Assembly: GCF_021028975.2 (NCBI RefSeq)
Contig: NC_059438.1
Location: 25,978,001-26,042,000 of the forward strand
DNA from: Sphaerodactylus townsendi
Taxonomy: Eukaryota
Length of the DNA: 64,000 nt
Reading direction: 5' to 3'
Positions 24,501 to 35,942 of this stretch are shown piece after piece. Position 1 is the stretch's first letter. The number at the start of each line of letters is the position of its first letter. The notes below the pieces were generated by a model. It did no database searches. It was not told the origin of the DNA and saw nothing but the letters and a program-made list of their open reading frames with translations. The position numbers and the translations under genes were made by a program.

Positions 24501-27500
24501 CCCGTTCCCTTCTCCCCCTCGCAGTGCAGCTCTTGTTCCTGGCCGCGCTGATGGTCCTGTGCTATGCTGAGCGGAGCCCCAGCGAGTTCTACCTGAACGA
24601 CGCCCTTCAAAGAAGCTTCCTGAGCCAAGTGGGCGGCATCCTGACACTTGAGCATTTGCAGGACTGGGCCCGGCACACCCTCCTGCCCAGCATCTATCGG
24701 GACTCCGAAGGTGAGCCAAGCCAGCCCCGGTGGAGACCAGCAGCCTCCTCGTTGCTTCCCCTTCCCAGTTTTTCATGTCAGCATGAGTGACATCTTCTCT
24801 GTGGCTGCCCAAACTTCAGCCCGCTCCCTCTGGGTCTTCCAGGTTTTGCCACGATGGATGCAAACTCTTTCCTGGTGGGCAGCGTGCGCCTCCGGCAGAT
24901 CCGGGCCCCAGAGAAGCTCGGGCCAGCTGTCCTCCTGCCCCCACAAGAGCTCAGTGCTGCCAGTCAGGAGGACAGCGGGTGTCCCAACTGGGGGTCTGGC
25001 GACAGAGCACAAGCGGCGGCCTGGGTCTACCAGAGTGAGACCACCCTTCAAGAGTACCCTACTTGGGGGAAGTTTGCCATCTATCCAGGAGGTGGCTATG
25101 TGGCAGATCTTGGCACAAATGCAAGCCACGCCAACAGGTAGGGGGACGTGCAGAGATACAAAGCAGGTTGCTCAGGGTCGCTTGTGTCTTTGCTGAGTGG
25201 CCTCGCGGGACTCTTGGTCTCCCAGGTCACCTGTGGCTTCTCATGTGCAGGTCCAAAGTGATACAGCCGGTGACTTTGGGGGAGGAGGAAGGGATTAGAA
25301 ACATTTTGACTCTCTCATTTGGTCGGATGAACTGGCAGGTGGAGTTCCCTCCGCCGCACTTTGTAGACAGTCCTCTGGCGCCTTCATTTTACCAGGCAGT
25401 TTCAAGAAGTTCTCAATTCTCTGGTCACCTGATCCGCCTCGTGTCTAAGAGAACAGGGAAACTCAGCTGCACCGTTCTGATTTCCAGTCTGCACAGAGTT
25501 CAGAAAGGAGTGCAAGTGTGTAGCTGCCAGGACACGTTAAGCATTTATTGAAGAACTGACGTATATCCTCATTCCAAGCACAGAGTTCTCCTTGCAGCTG
25601 GGGCAAATCAGGTGCTTGGGGGCAGATAGTTCTCGGGGGCCTTTGGGCCTGGTATTTGGTATTCAGTCACCCACTCATCCTGGATTTGAAATCCACTTGG
25701 CTAATCTAGCTGATACCTCTCCCCAATTAATTTTTCTAATAAGGGCTCTACAAAACTAGCCCTTTGAGGCTTAGAGTTTGCCTATCAGTCTAGCATTTGT
25801 AGTCTAAAACTCATCAACAGAGGATTGTCATGGATGCCACTGAAGCTGACGTGGGGAGCTCCTACTGGCGAACTGCAGAGAGTTGTCCCACCTTGGCCTG
25901 TCAGCAGACAGTTGAGGCCTCTGTGCTCATAAATCTACTCAGCATCCCACTTCTACCCACCCACGCCAGCCCTGCAAAGAGGCCGCCAGTTCTCTTCTGT
26001 CTCCATGCTTCTGTGTCTCCTCTAGAACCCTCCGTGCTCTGGCGCGGGATAAGTGGCTGGACAGCTGCACACAAGCCGTCTTCGTGGAATTCACCGTCTA
26101 CAATGCCAATGTCAACCTCTTCTGCGCAGTCACTGTGATGCTGGAGTCCAACGGGATAGGCAAGGGTGGACCTGTGGCTGGGGAGGGGAGGCACTCTGGT
26201 CCGGGGCTGGGTGAGGACAGAGGGGACACGTGACCAGCTTCCCTGCCAGGCCCTGACCTGAGTCTTGTTTCCCTGGCAGGGGCCTTTGCCAGCTCAACTG
26301 CTCTGCAGATCCTCCGGCTCTACCCCAACAGCCAGATGTTTGTTCCGCTGGCCTGCGCCCAACTAACTTTCTTGCTGCTGCTCTTGTACTACGTGGTGGT
26401 GCAGGTGAGCAGAGGGGGATTGGGCCAGGCCTGGTGTGCTGGGGGAGAAGCCAGGACTTTGCCCTGGGGGGTTTGGGGCGGGGGCAGAGTCACACACTTC
26501 TCTCCAGAGCGATGCTGCCTTTTGTCAAGTGCCTGGGTCATGCAGGGCCTGAGCTTGAAGCAGAAGAGATGGAACTACTGGCGCACCAAGGGCACCTTGC
26601 TGGATGCCTTCAGCGTCCTCATCAGTCTGACTGCCGTGGGCCTGTACGTGAGGAGGCAGCTGTTGGCGGCCAAGGTCCTGAGGGAGCATCGCCAGGACCG
26701 TACTAGGTTGGTGTGTAGCAAACACGCCATAGTGCTGGCCAGGTGTGGTGGCCCTGGCCCATCCCACAGCAAGGCTGTCCAGCCTGGCACTTCCTGGGGC
26801 ACCTGCAGCTGACACCCCCCCCCCCCCCGGTCCTGCTGGCCTTGAGTGACCGCAAAGCCCTCGTGGTTCACTGGCAGGTTTGTCCGGATCTCAGAGATGG
26901 TGGAAGCAGATTCAGCGCTGACCTACTTGATTGCCTTCCTGGTGGCTTTGACCACAATCAAGTTGTGGAATCTGCTCCGCTTGAATCCCAGAATGCACCT
27001 CATCACCCGCACACTGCAGAAGGCCTGGGACCAGATCCTGGGGTTCCTGGTGACACTTCTGGTGCTCCTGACTGGCTATGCCTTTGCGGTAAGAGTGTAT
27101 TGGCGGTTGCCGATGTTGGGGCAACACCCACTGGGGATGCGTTTTGACACCGGACAGCGTGCAGCCTCAGGAGCCGATGAGCGGGAATGCTGCCCCGCCA
27201 GCCTTGGCCTGACTGGATGCCTGCCTCCTGTGCCAGGGAGCGTTCCCACAGGGGAAAGAGCTGGCCTTCCTTCCCGCCCAACAAAGCCCAGCTTGTGAGA
27301 GGGGCCTGGGTGGGGGCAGAACAGGGAAGAGGAAGATCTTTGTGAAGGCAACAGTAGCTATAGCAGCACTGCTTATTTTTAGGACATCCCTGCAACCACA
27401 AGCATGTTCCATAGCATCAAAGGGCCACAGGTCACTAACTACATGGACGGTCATGGCAGACTGGGGCATAAATGTGATGGGAAACTCTTAAGCTGCCCCC

Positions 27501-28116
27501 CCTCCCACACACCCCCTTTGCCTTTTCATCTTCCTCTTTGTGCAACTTCCAGTGCAATCTCCTATTTGGATGGAGCATCTTCAACTTCAAGACCTTCTTG
27601 GACTCAGCAGTGACCATCGTGGGACTGTTGGCTGGGATATTCAATTATGAAACAGTGAGTGCTTGACAAACGCCCTCCAGAGGCCCTGCCCTGCCCTAGC
27701 ACGCTGTCCAGCCTGGGCTCGCTGCTGGGCTAGCAAGGCTGAAGCCAACCCCCAGCCCTGTGCCTGGCCTTAGGTCCTCGCCTTGGATCCCGTCCTGGGC
27801 TCGCTCCTGCTGGCCACCAGCGTCCTCTCCATGGTCTTTGTGATCATCAACCTCCTGGTCTCTGTTCTCCTGACGATCTTCAGCAGCGAGATGAAGGCCC
27901 TGAAGGTAAGCGGGGCTCTCGGTGGCCCCTCCCCACTTTCCTGAAGGAGATGGTTCTTCTCACTCACCACTGAGCTCACCACGGCACTCCTCCTCCTTCC
28001 AGCAGGTCAGCAAAGAGGAGACCATGATGAAGCTGATTCAGCTAAAGATCTCCAGCTTGCTGGGAATCAGGCAATGGGCCCCAACATCAGCTGAAGAGGG
28101 AAACGCCCAGGACTGA
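12515..28116 (+). CDS. PKD1L3: Polycystin-1-like 3; 31 exons, about 1798 aa (signal peptide, C-type lectin, S/T/P stalk, GAIN/GPS, PLAT, multi-pass channel domain)
   Basis: In-phase exons: 12515-12806, 13014-13112, 13340-13380, 13518-14024, 14273-14404, 14575-14751, 14945-15069, 15177-15309, 15456-15581, 16525-16756, 16929-17113, 17478-17708, 17806-17907, 18150-18328, 19103-19249, 19537-19727, 19954-20159, 20807-20975, 21168-21351, 23116-23350, 23441-23540, 23686-23832, 24525-24710, 24843-25137, 26026-26159, 26280-26404, 26546-26706, 26878-27088, 27553-27654, 27774-27905, 28006-28116. Motifs THCLCSHLSFF (GPS), RLWHDNSG/WYFLCNCWL (PLAT), FTRVQRLSCC, YPGGGY, EFTVYNANVNLF. Syntenic position between DHODH and IST1. 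Confidence 0.92.
18368..18573. mobile_element. Non-autonomous DNA-transposon-like repeat ending GTTGGCAACCC, in a PKD1L3 intron
   Basis: Terminal GGCAACCC motif plus internal CTGGAGATCAGTTG / GGGAGATCGCCAG segments that I recognise as a common lizard interspersed repeat. Confidence 0.5.
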
Positions 28117-28178
28117 AAACTGCCTCCCCCCCCCCACTCCAAAAAATCAGCAGAAACATGGCAAAGGGCAGGGACTGG

Positions 28179-28552
28179 CAGTGGTGGGATCCAAAAATTG
28201 TAGTAACAGGTTCCCATGGGGGTGGGATTCAAACTAGAGTAGCGCCAATGGGGCGGGGCAGGGCACAACGGGGGCGTGGCCGGGAATTCCTGGGCGGGGC
28301 TGTGGCAAGGACGCAGCCGCTGCGCCGGTCCTTGGGCGGGAAACGAATGCACGCAGGCGCAGGCTGCCACACACGCCGGTGCACCTCCTGCTAGACTGCT
28401 TCAAGTTCTGTGTGCTACTGCTGAGAGGAGGGGTGTAACTAAGGCAAAAATCAAGTGACAAAATCACCCATTAGTAACCCCCTCTCGGCACACACAAATA
28501 ATTAGTAACCTGCTCTCAGGAACCTGTGAGAACCTGCTGGATCCCACCTCTG
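28179..28552. mobile_element. hAT-type MITE immediately 3' of the PKD1L3 stop
   Basis: 15-bp TIRs CAGTGGTGGGATCCA / TGGATCCCACCTCTG. CpG-rich interior suggests a young copy. No clean TSD. Confidence 0.75.
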
Positions 28553-28589
28553 GCAGGGAGGTTGGCTTTCTAGGCTACGCTGAAATGGC

Positions 28590-28945
28590 AAGGTCTGGGT
28601 TCCATGCCTTATGAGGAGCTGGGGATGTTTAGTCTGGAGAGGCGTAGGTTGAGGGGGGACACGGCCGTTGAAGATGGGAGCAATGTTTTCTGCTGCTTCA
28701 GAGACTACTAGGGCGAGGAGTGGTGGATTCAAGGTGCAGGAAGAGAGTTCACCTAAACGTTACATAGAACTTTCTGACAGTAAAGGCTGTCCCACAGTGG
28801 CATCAGAGGTTGGTGGAGTCTCCTTCTTTGGAGATTTTTTAACGGAGGGTGGTCAGCTGTCAGGACTGCTTTGATTATGTGTCCCTGCAAGGTGGGGGGG
28901 GGGGGGGCTTGTTGTCTCTCCCAACTCTTATGGTTCATTTAAAAG
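28590..28945 (+). mobile_element. Old CR1 3' fragment
   Basis: Decayed CCTTATGAGGAG..GATGTTTAGTCTGGAGAGG..GAACTTTCTGACAGT..GGAGTCTCCTTCTTTGGAG pattern of the CR1 ORF2 end. Confidence 0.65.
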
Positions 28946-29199
28946 AAGTTCTCTGCTGAACTCTTTCTCTCTAGGCAGCTCCACAACTTTTAGCACACTG
29001 CCTGGATTCTCTTTGCAATGCCGGGGGGGACAGGATGGACAACGCAAAATATTTCACTCCCCCAGTTCCAAGACTCCATGTCCAGAAACAACTGCTTGTG
29101 CCCTGGCCTTTGCAGAATGCAGCCAGATTCCGTTCCCAAAGGACAGCCACAGCATGAAAGGTCTCTCCTGACGTGTTCCTCCGAAGAGTGCTACGCTCT

Positions 29200-29560
29200 G
29201 CAAATGAAAATCTACTGGAGAGCCCGGCTGGCCTCAACCAGGGCTAGGGGTTTTCCAGCCTTGGCCCCAACTGGTGAAATGCTCTGTCCAGTGAGACCAG
29301 GGCCTGTAAGACAGAGCCGTTCCATGGGGCAGATGGTTAAGGTGGCTGCAGCTTTCCGTCAGTCTGGCCTTCCCTACTCCAATACTACTTTAGTATTTTT
29401 AAAATGTTTTAAATTATCTTTCTGTTTTAAAATGTATGTATATTGTTTTTAAATGTTTATATTGGTTATGTTTCAAAAGGACTTCATCATATACTAAGGA
29501 AATCTTGTGAGTCTCCCCGAGCCCATTAGACAAGGGCAGCACACAAAACCAACAAAATAA
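29200..29560 (+). mobile_element. L2-like LINE 3' end (related copy at about 59530-59960)
   Basis: Shares CAGTGAGACCAG..CAGGGCCTGTAAGACAGAG with 59580-59640. Each is followed by an AT-rich tail. Confidence 0.5.
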
Positions 29561-31047
29561 GCACACTAGTTTCCCCCCCCCCCCCCCCCGGTGGGAAAAG
29601 GAGGCACCAACCCCCACTCGGAGCGCTCTGAAACGTGGGAAACTGAAATGATTCCTTTCCTGTAGGAGCTCACCAAACACAGGAGTTCCTCTCCAACAAG
29701 ATGGTCACGAAGCAGATTCCAGAGACCAGCCAGGCACTGAGTCAGCCTTAAAAGGAGTGGTGCTCATTTCCTCATGAAAGAAAAGACACCCTTTACAGCC
29801 GGGAATTGGGGTGACCAGACAAAAGGAGGAGAGGACAGACACCCTCTCTCAAACATTTCAGCTGATCAAGAGGTTCCATTCGATTGGTTTGCGCAGAAAA
29901 GAAACCGTGCAGTTACAGACCCTGCTAAACACTCTCTGGAATCCAAAATAAAAGGCTAACTTCTAGCTGTTTCGTTTCTGGGCTTTTCTCTCTCAGCAAG
30001 TATAACTGAAGTCATGCAAAGAAGCAAGCTGGAGGAGATGATCTCCCCCTCCCCTTTCTGTCAGGCAGGCTAAGAGGCACAAAAAACAGCAGATGCGCTG
30101 CTTGGCCCCAGCACCCACCGGGGGGGGGGGGTCCTAGTCTCTCCTCTGTACCACACTTCTTATTGCTGCCTGTTTCAGTGCCCCCCCCCCCCAACCCACT
30201 GAAATAGACCAGGACGGGGCACGTGGCCCCTGCAGAGACCCCAACATAGAGATGACTCCTCAAGTTTATTGAATTACAAGAGAAGGTAAAAACCCACCAA
30301 CCAGTTCTAGGAAAAGTTGCAGAAAACCTAACAGACAGACGTGTTCCAGGGGAGGGAAAGAGGCGGCCTCCTGGTGCCAGGGCTGGTCCGTTGCAGGAGG
30401 GGGTGTGGCAGCGTCTGGCAGTGGCACTGGCCAGTAAGGCGGGTGAGTGAGTGAACAACAGAGGATGGCGCAAAAGGCAAAAGGTGCCAGCTCCAAGCCC
30501 AGCAGCTGTGGGGTCTGGATCTGCATCAAAGCAGACCCAGAGGAAAGAGACTGCAGGGAGAGAGGCCACTGAGCCAGCAAGAGCCTTGCAACACCCCCCC
30601 CCCCACTTCCATGCCAGTCATACACCTGGTGTCACCCTCCCTAAAAAGAAAAGGAATTAAGGCCCCAGAGGGCTCCCTGAGAATGCAGCAGGCAAAAAAC
30701 AGAGCTGTTGAGAACCAGGCCCAGCACAGAGCTGGCTTTTGTCCCACAACCTCGGAGGTGTGTGTTCCGCTAACTTTTGTCCAGAATGCGGAGAGGCTAC
30801 ACATATTTTCTCCCTCCAATACTCAGGAAGCACAGCTCCTGTAGGACTTCCCCAGGTGCTCCCATTGCAAACAGCTTAGCAGTTTCTCCTGCAGAGCAGA
30901 GGGCATCAGAAAAGCAGCAGCAGCAGCAGCGGCACTCAGTTGTCAGTACAGTGGGAAGAAAGGTCAGGAGCAGCAGGAGGAAGAGGAGAGAGCGCCTCTG
31001 GCCACACCAAGCCAGGCCAACCAGCCTACCCCTTCCCAGCTCCCACA

Positions 31048-34000
31048 TTAGGTCTTCTTCTTCAACTCCTCAAACCTTCGCGAGAGATCATCAAAGTCAA
31101 TGTCTTCTGACGCTGATGTACTGGCGCCAGCGGAGCTAGCAGGCAGCGTGTCTGGAACAGAGGGCAACTCCGGCAGCACAAAGGCATCGTGCGAGCTGGG
31201 CTGTGCTGCTGCCACGTCCGGCTTCAGTCCAGGCCCTGTAACAAAGAATGTGCCGTGACCACGGAGTCTTTGGCAGGGCAGGCCACCCAAGACACAAACA
31301 GCCACAGAAAAAGAAAACGCGAGACTCAGATTGGAGAGCACAGCCCCCCAAAGGGCAAGTTAAGGGGCCCTACCAATGGACAGACACAGCGAGCTGAGAA
31401 GGAGGAACTAGCTAGCTCTACTTTCACAAAGCAAACAAGCAACTGAGACTCTCCCTCTCTGGAGGTCCTCTGGATAGAGGCCAGCCCTACACTCATGATT
31501 CCCCCCACTGACCAAAGGATCCAGCAAAAGACCTACTAGGAATTCTGTGACTGTTTGGAAAAAAGGAACCACCATGCCCAACTCACAGCCTTTTGGCAGC
31601 AGATTATGGGCACCGCCAGCACAGGACCCAGAGACAGAAGCACCCAAACCAACCCCAATCGCTTGGAGCTGACACTGACTCCGCAGCTCATCACAAGGGA
31701 CTCACCAGCCAGGTGGGAGGAGGGCACGTCCTTGTTGGTGCTGATGTCATCAATCTGAAACAGGGCAAAAGCTGGGTTGGTACAGAATCGCCCCTTCAGC
31801 CTGGCAGAAAACTCCCCTGCAGCACGTCACAGCAGTGCGGGCAAAAGACACCCACGATGCCCAGTCGCTAGGCCCCCTGTGGCTGCTGAAAGGGGGGGGG
31901 GCACTTCCTCTATAGATCATGGAACAGGGGGGCACACTCATTTTATCTCAATACACCCCTACCTGACTGCTTTGGGAGGGTTCTGGCCAGCATCACTGGA
32001 GGGAAAGGGACCAGGGAAGTAGTCCTTTTGGATGGTAGCAGGGTTGTTGGGTGAAGCTATTACCAGCCAGCTAAGTTGTACACAACCTACCTCCCCAAAA
32101 CTGGCTCAGAGTCATAAGATATAGAACCTGGAGCCGCAGGGGCACCGGCAGAAGGTGTGTCACTGCTCCTCTCCAGAGACCAGGCACAGCCTCCCTTCCC
32201 AAAACTGAACTTGTTATCCCAAACCGAACACAGCAGATGCAAACAAACACAGCTTCTCAATCTGCCACGGCTGAGGATGGGCCAGGCTTCACCCGGCCCT
32301 GCGTGACTGAGCTGGGATGCTGGGCAGGGCCACAGCGGCAGTGATCTGCTCAGACTCCAGGGATCCCTCAGGCCCTTACCGACTCGTATGTTGGAGGAGT
32401 TGCTGGAATCTGAGGGGGGTGAAGGTTGGAGAAAGGCTGGTATGTACCCATGGGTAGGCCGTTGAAGTTCTCCTGCAGGTGAGAAAGGAAAAGAACATAC
32501 CTGGGGCAAGGATGCCTGGAACCCTGCCTCAGCCTCCCCTTCCTGACCCTCTCTTCCCCAAGCTCAATACAACTAAGCTCCCTTCCTTCCCTTGTGAGAA
32601 AGCAGGGACTTACCGGTCCTTTAGGAACTGGGTAAGAGAAAGGAGGGGTAGGGGATGGCATTGGCATTGGCATTGGCACAACCCCATCAGGGCCACTCAA
32701 GGGGGTCACGAAGCCACCGCCGCCGCCGCCACCCCCACCACGCCCACCTTTCTTCACATCATCCACAAATCCCACATCAATCAGATCTGCTTCCACGCCA
32801 GCTGGCGCCTCGGCCTGGGAAGGGAGGAGGAGAAGCACGAACAGGCAGACGTTACAAGCCAGGAGCCACCAGAGACGCCCTCCCACGGCAGCAGTGGATC
32901 CCGTCCACCCCACCTACCATGACGACGGAGTCTGGCTCGTAGGGCACGTTGTAGTTCTTGGCAATCTCAATGAGGTACCTCTCCACCAGGATCTTGGGAG
33001 GGGCTTCTACACTCAGCTTGTGCATCAGCTAGACGTGGGAAAGTGTTAGGAATCACTTTGGGCTGGGGCAGGACAGGACTTCAAAGCCAGAAGCGCCCAG
33101 GTGTCTAGAGGAGAGCCTCGGCCCCCTCCCGTGGGCAATGCCCAGGACAGCGAAGGTCTTCCTGAAAGCACTCTCCGGAACATTCCCCTCGCCCAACTCA
33201 CCCGGTCGTTGACGGTGCCGATCTGGTTGCTCCGGCACAGCTTGCCATATTCCTTGCTGTACTTGGCACACAGTTGATCAGCAACCTGGCGAAGAAAAAG
33301 GATGTTGGTGCGACAGAGAACAGAGAGCACCAGGCAGGGAAGCGCCAAGCTGGGACAGAGGAGAACTCAGCTGAACTCCCAGGGCCTTCTCGACACGTCC
33401 CGGAAGCGGAGCGCCCTCCCTGCAAGCTGTGCCAGGCCCTTGGGGTGCTGCTGGTAGCGCCAGGCGCAACAACTGGCAGCAAGACGCCCTTTGCTTTCCT
33501 AAGACCCAGGCAGCCATTACTCACAATTTTCAACTCAGCCACTTCCGACTGCAGTCGGGGGGCGGCCCAAATGAGGGTGGAAACAGCTTCCGCCAGTCCA
33601 GAGTCCAGCTCCCTGTAGGGGGGACAGCACAAGGCTTAACTCCTGGGGGCTCTGCTGCTCCCGCCTCAGAAGCCACAGAGAGGGCAGGACTCTTACTTCA
33701 TCGACTGGATGAGGCCGAAGCGGGCCAGGAGCAGGTCGCAGTACAGCTCCAGGATCTCCATGGCCTCCACCAGGTAGTCCTCCCGGATGATGTGCTCCAC
33801 GCGGATGCGAGCCCGCTCATCCTTGCCCGCGGCCAGGTAATCGGCAATCTCCTTCCTCGCCTTCTGGGCCAGCTCGGCTGCAAGGCAGAGGCAGAGCAGG
33901 AGACCTCAAACCTCTGTGGCTCAGGCCTCCCGGGGCGGAGCGGCCGCAAAACCCTCCACCGGCCGCCACCATCTCCCAGCGGAGGCCCAGCTGGCCTTCG

Positions 34001-34278
34001 CAGCGGCTGAGCCACGCCTGGCGGGGGCAGGCTGCAAGCGGGCATCTCTGCTGGGCCAACCACAGCAGCAGAGGGCGAGAGGCCCAGAGGCCCTTCCGGG
34101 CGCAAGGGACCCCCCCCCCTCCGGCTGGGGGGGCTTTTCTGGGGGGAGGAGAGGGGGCAGCAGCAGCCCCCCCCCCCGAGGCAGACTCACTTTTCTTCTT
34201 CTCCAGCAGCTTCAGGCGGTTGATGACCAAGCGCAGGTTGACTCGGAGCCGCTCCGCTTTGAACCCGGAGCCCAACAT
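31048..34278 (-). CDS. IST1: IST1 factor associated with ESCRT-III; 9 coding exons, about 360 aa
   Basis: Exons 34191-34278, 33697-33877, 33525-33612, 33202-33285, 32918-33028, 32614-32814, 32380-32472, 31706-31754, 31048-31235. Starts MLGSGFKAERLRVNLRL; PMPMPMP tract; MIM2 FVLPELPSVP; MIM1 DFDDLSRRFEELKKKT*. Confidence 0.97.
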
Positions 34279-35600
34279 GACCAGGCGCGGATCCTGCGGC
34301 TGCCGGACCGGCGAGGGAGGGAGGGAGGGAGGAACAGCCGCTGACCCTTCGGCTCCTGCTCCCCCCGCAGCCGCCCCCCCCCAAGAAAGACCCGGCGGCG
34401 GCAGCAGCAGCAGCAGCAGCAGCGCCCCCTCCTCCCCGAGCACGGGAGGGCCGCCCCACCCCCCGCCCCGGGCCCGCTGCCAACCCGGAAGAAGGCCGCC
34501 GCCGCCGCGCTCAACCCCTCCCCCGCCCCCGGCCCCGCTAGCAGCCGGAACCAGCGCCCCGCCCGGCAGCAGAGGCGCCCCCCCCCCCCGGGCCCCAGGA
34601 CTGACCCTCTCGGCGGGCGGGCGGGCGGAGTCCCCGTCGGGCCGTCCGAGCAGCCAAGATGGCGTCAGCAGCAGCAGCAGCAGCAGCGGCGGCGGCGTCG
34701 CAGCCGAGACAGGCCCGGCAGGCGGAGGGATACGCGGCGTCAGCGCAGGACTCCGCCCGGGAGCGGCAGCGGCAGCAGCGGCAGCGCCCCCTGGCGGGCG
34801 GAGGGAGGGAGGGAGGGGCGGGGAGCGCCGCCAGACTGCTGGGCCGGCGCAGGGATCCGCTGTCTGCCTCTGCCGCCGCGTGAGGGTTCCGGGGGCCGAC
34901 GAGTGCGCGCGCGCGGCCCCTCTGCCGGGGGGGGGGGGGGGGGCCGGGCCCCCCTCTTCGCGGTCCCGCGGCTCTGCCTCGCCGCCGCCCGCCGTTCCGG
35001 CCTCAGCCGGTTCCGCGCTCCGGAGCGGCGGCGGCGGCGAGAGAACCCCCTCCCCGGCGGCGGCGGCGGCGGCCCACCAGGCGGCAGTGGGGCGGGGCGG
35101 GGCCCGAGGGGGGCCGGGGCGGCCGTCCAGGAGGGCGGGGAGGCTGCGGCTCAGCGCGCCCCCGCCTGTTGGCCTGTCGGTCCCGCCGTGCACGAGCCGG
35201 GCGCTCCCGCCGCGCCGCCATCTTCCGTCTGTCCGCCCTCTCGCCCTTTGTCCGTCTGCTGGAGCCCGGGCCGAGGAACCCCGGACGCCGGTAAGGGCGG
35301 TGGGCGGTGGGCCAGGGGGCCGCGGGGGAGGGGCTGCCGCCCCCGCAGCCGGCCCCTGACGGGGCTTCTCTCTTCTCAGGTGTGCACCCCCTCCGGCGGC
35401 GGGGGGGGGGAGTGATGTCCCGGCGGAAACAGACCAGCCCCAATAAAGTGCGCTGTGAGTAGTGGGAGGGAGGGAGGGAGGGAAGGGCTGGGAGGATGGG
35501 CGGGGGCGGGGACCCCCCCCCATGCCTGGGCAACGAGTCGCGGGGACGCACGCACGCACGCACGCACGCACGCTCTTGCTTTGGCCCCGGGGAGCCCTGC
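33700..35600. promoter_or_regulatory. Bidirectional CpG island IST1/ZNF821
   Basis: Dense CpG. YY1 motif CAAGATGGCG at 34655-34664. IST1 5' exon donor at about 34606 (-). ZNF821 5' donors at about 34880 and 35291 (+). Confidence 0.85.
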
Positions 35601-35903
35601 CTGCCTGCCCTCCCGCCCTGGAGCTGGGAACCAGCCAGCACGGCTCAGGAAGCGAGACCAACGCAGGCAGTTCCACGCCAGCAGCGCCCCAGACAGGGCG
35701 GCTCAGGCCCAAGGGGGCCCCCAGGCAGCGCCCCCACCCAGGCAGCGCCCCTTGCCCAACCAGGGGCAGGCCAGGGGGAAGAAACGGGGGACGGAGGGAA
35801 GGTCGCTTGTCCGGCCTGGAGCTGCTCTTTCCAGCTATGAGCCACAAGATCAGCCCAGGAAGGTGGGTGGATGCAGGGCAAGGCCTTCCCCTAACCCAGG
35901 TGG

Positions 35904-35942
<39 letters not shown>

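Noticed and set aside
32087-32170. Possible extra IST1 cassette exon
   Set aside because: A donor-like GAG|GTAGGT exists, but the acceptor is purine-rich and there is no recognisable homology.
33817-35847. 676-aa ORF as an IST1 N-terminal extension
   Set aside because: CpG-island artefact; the conserved IST1 start is at 34278, just downstream of a splice acceptor.
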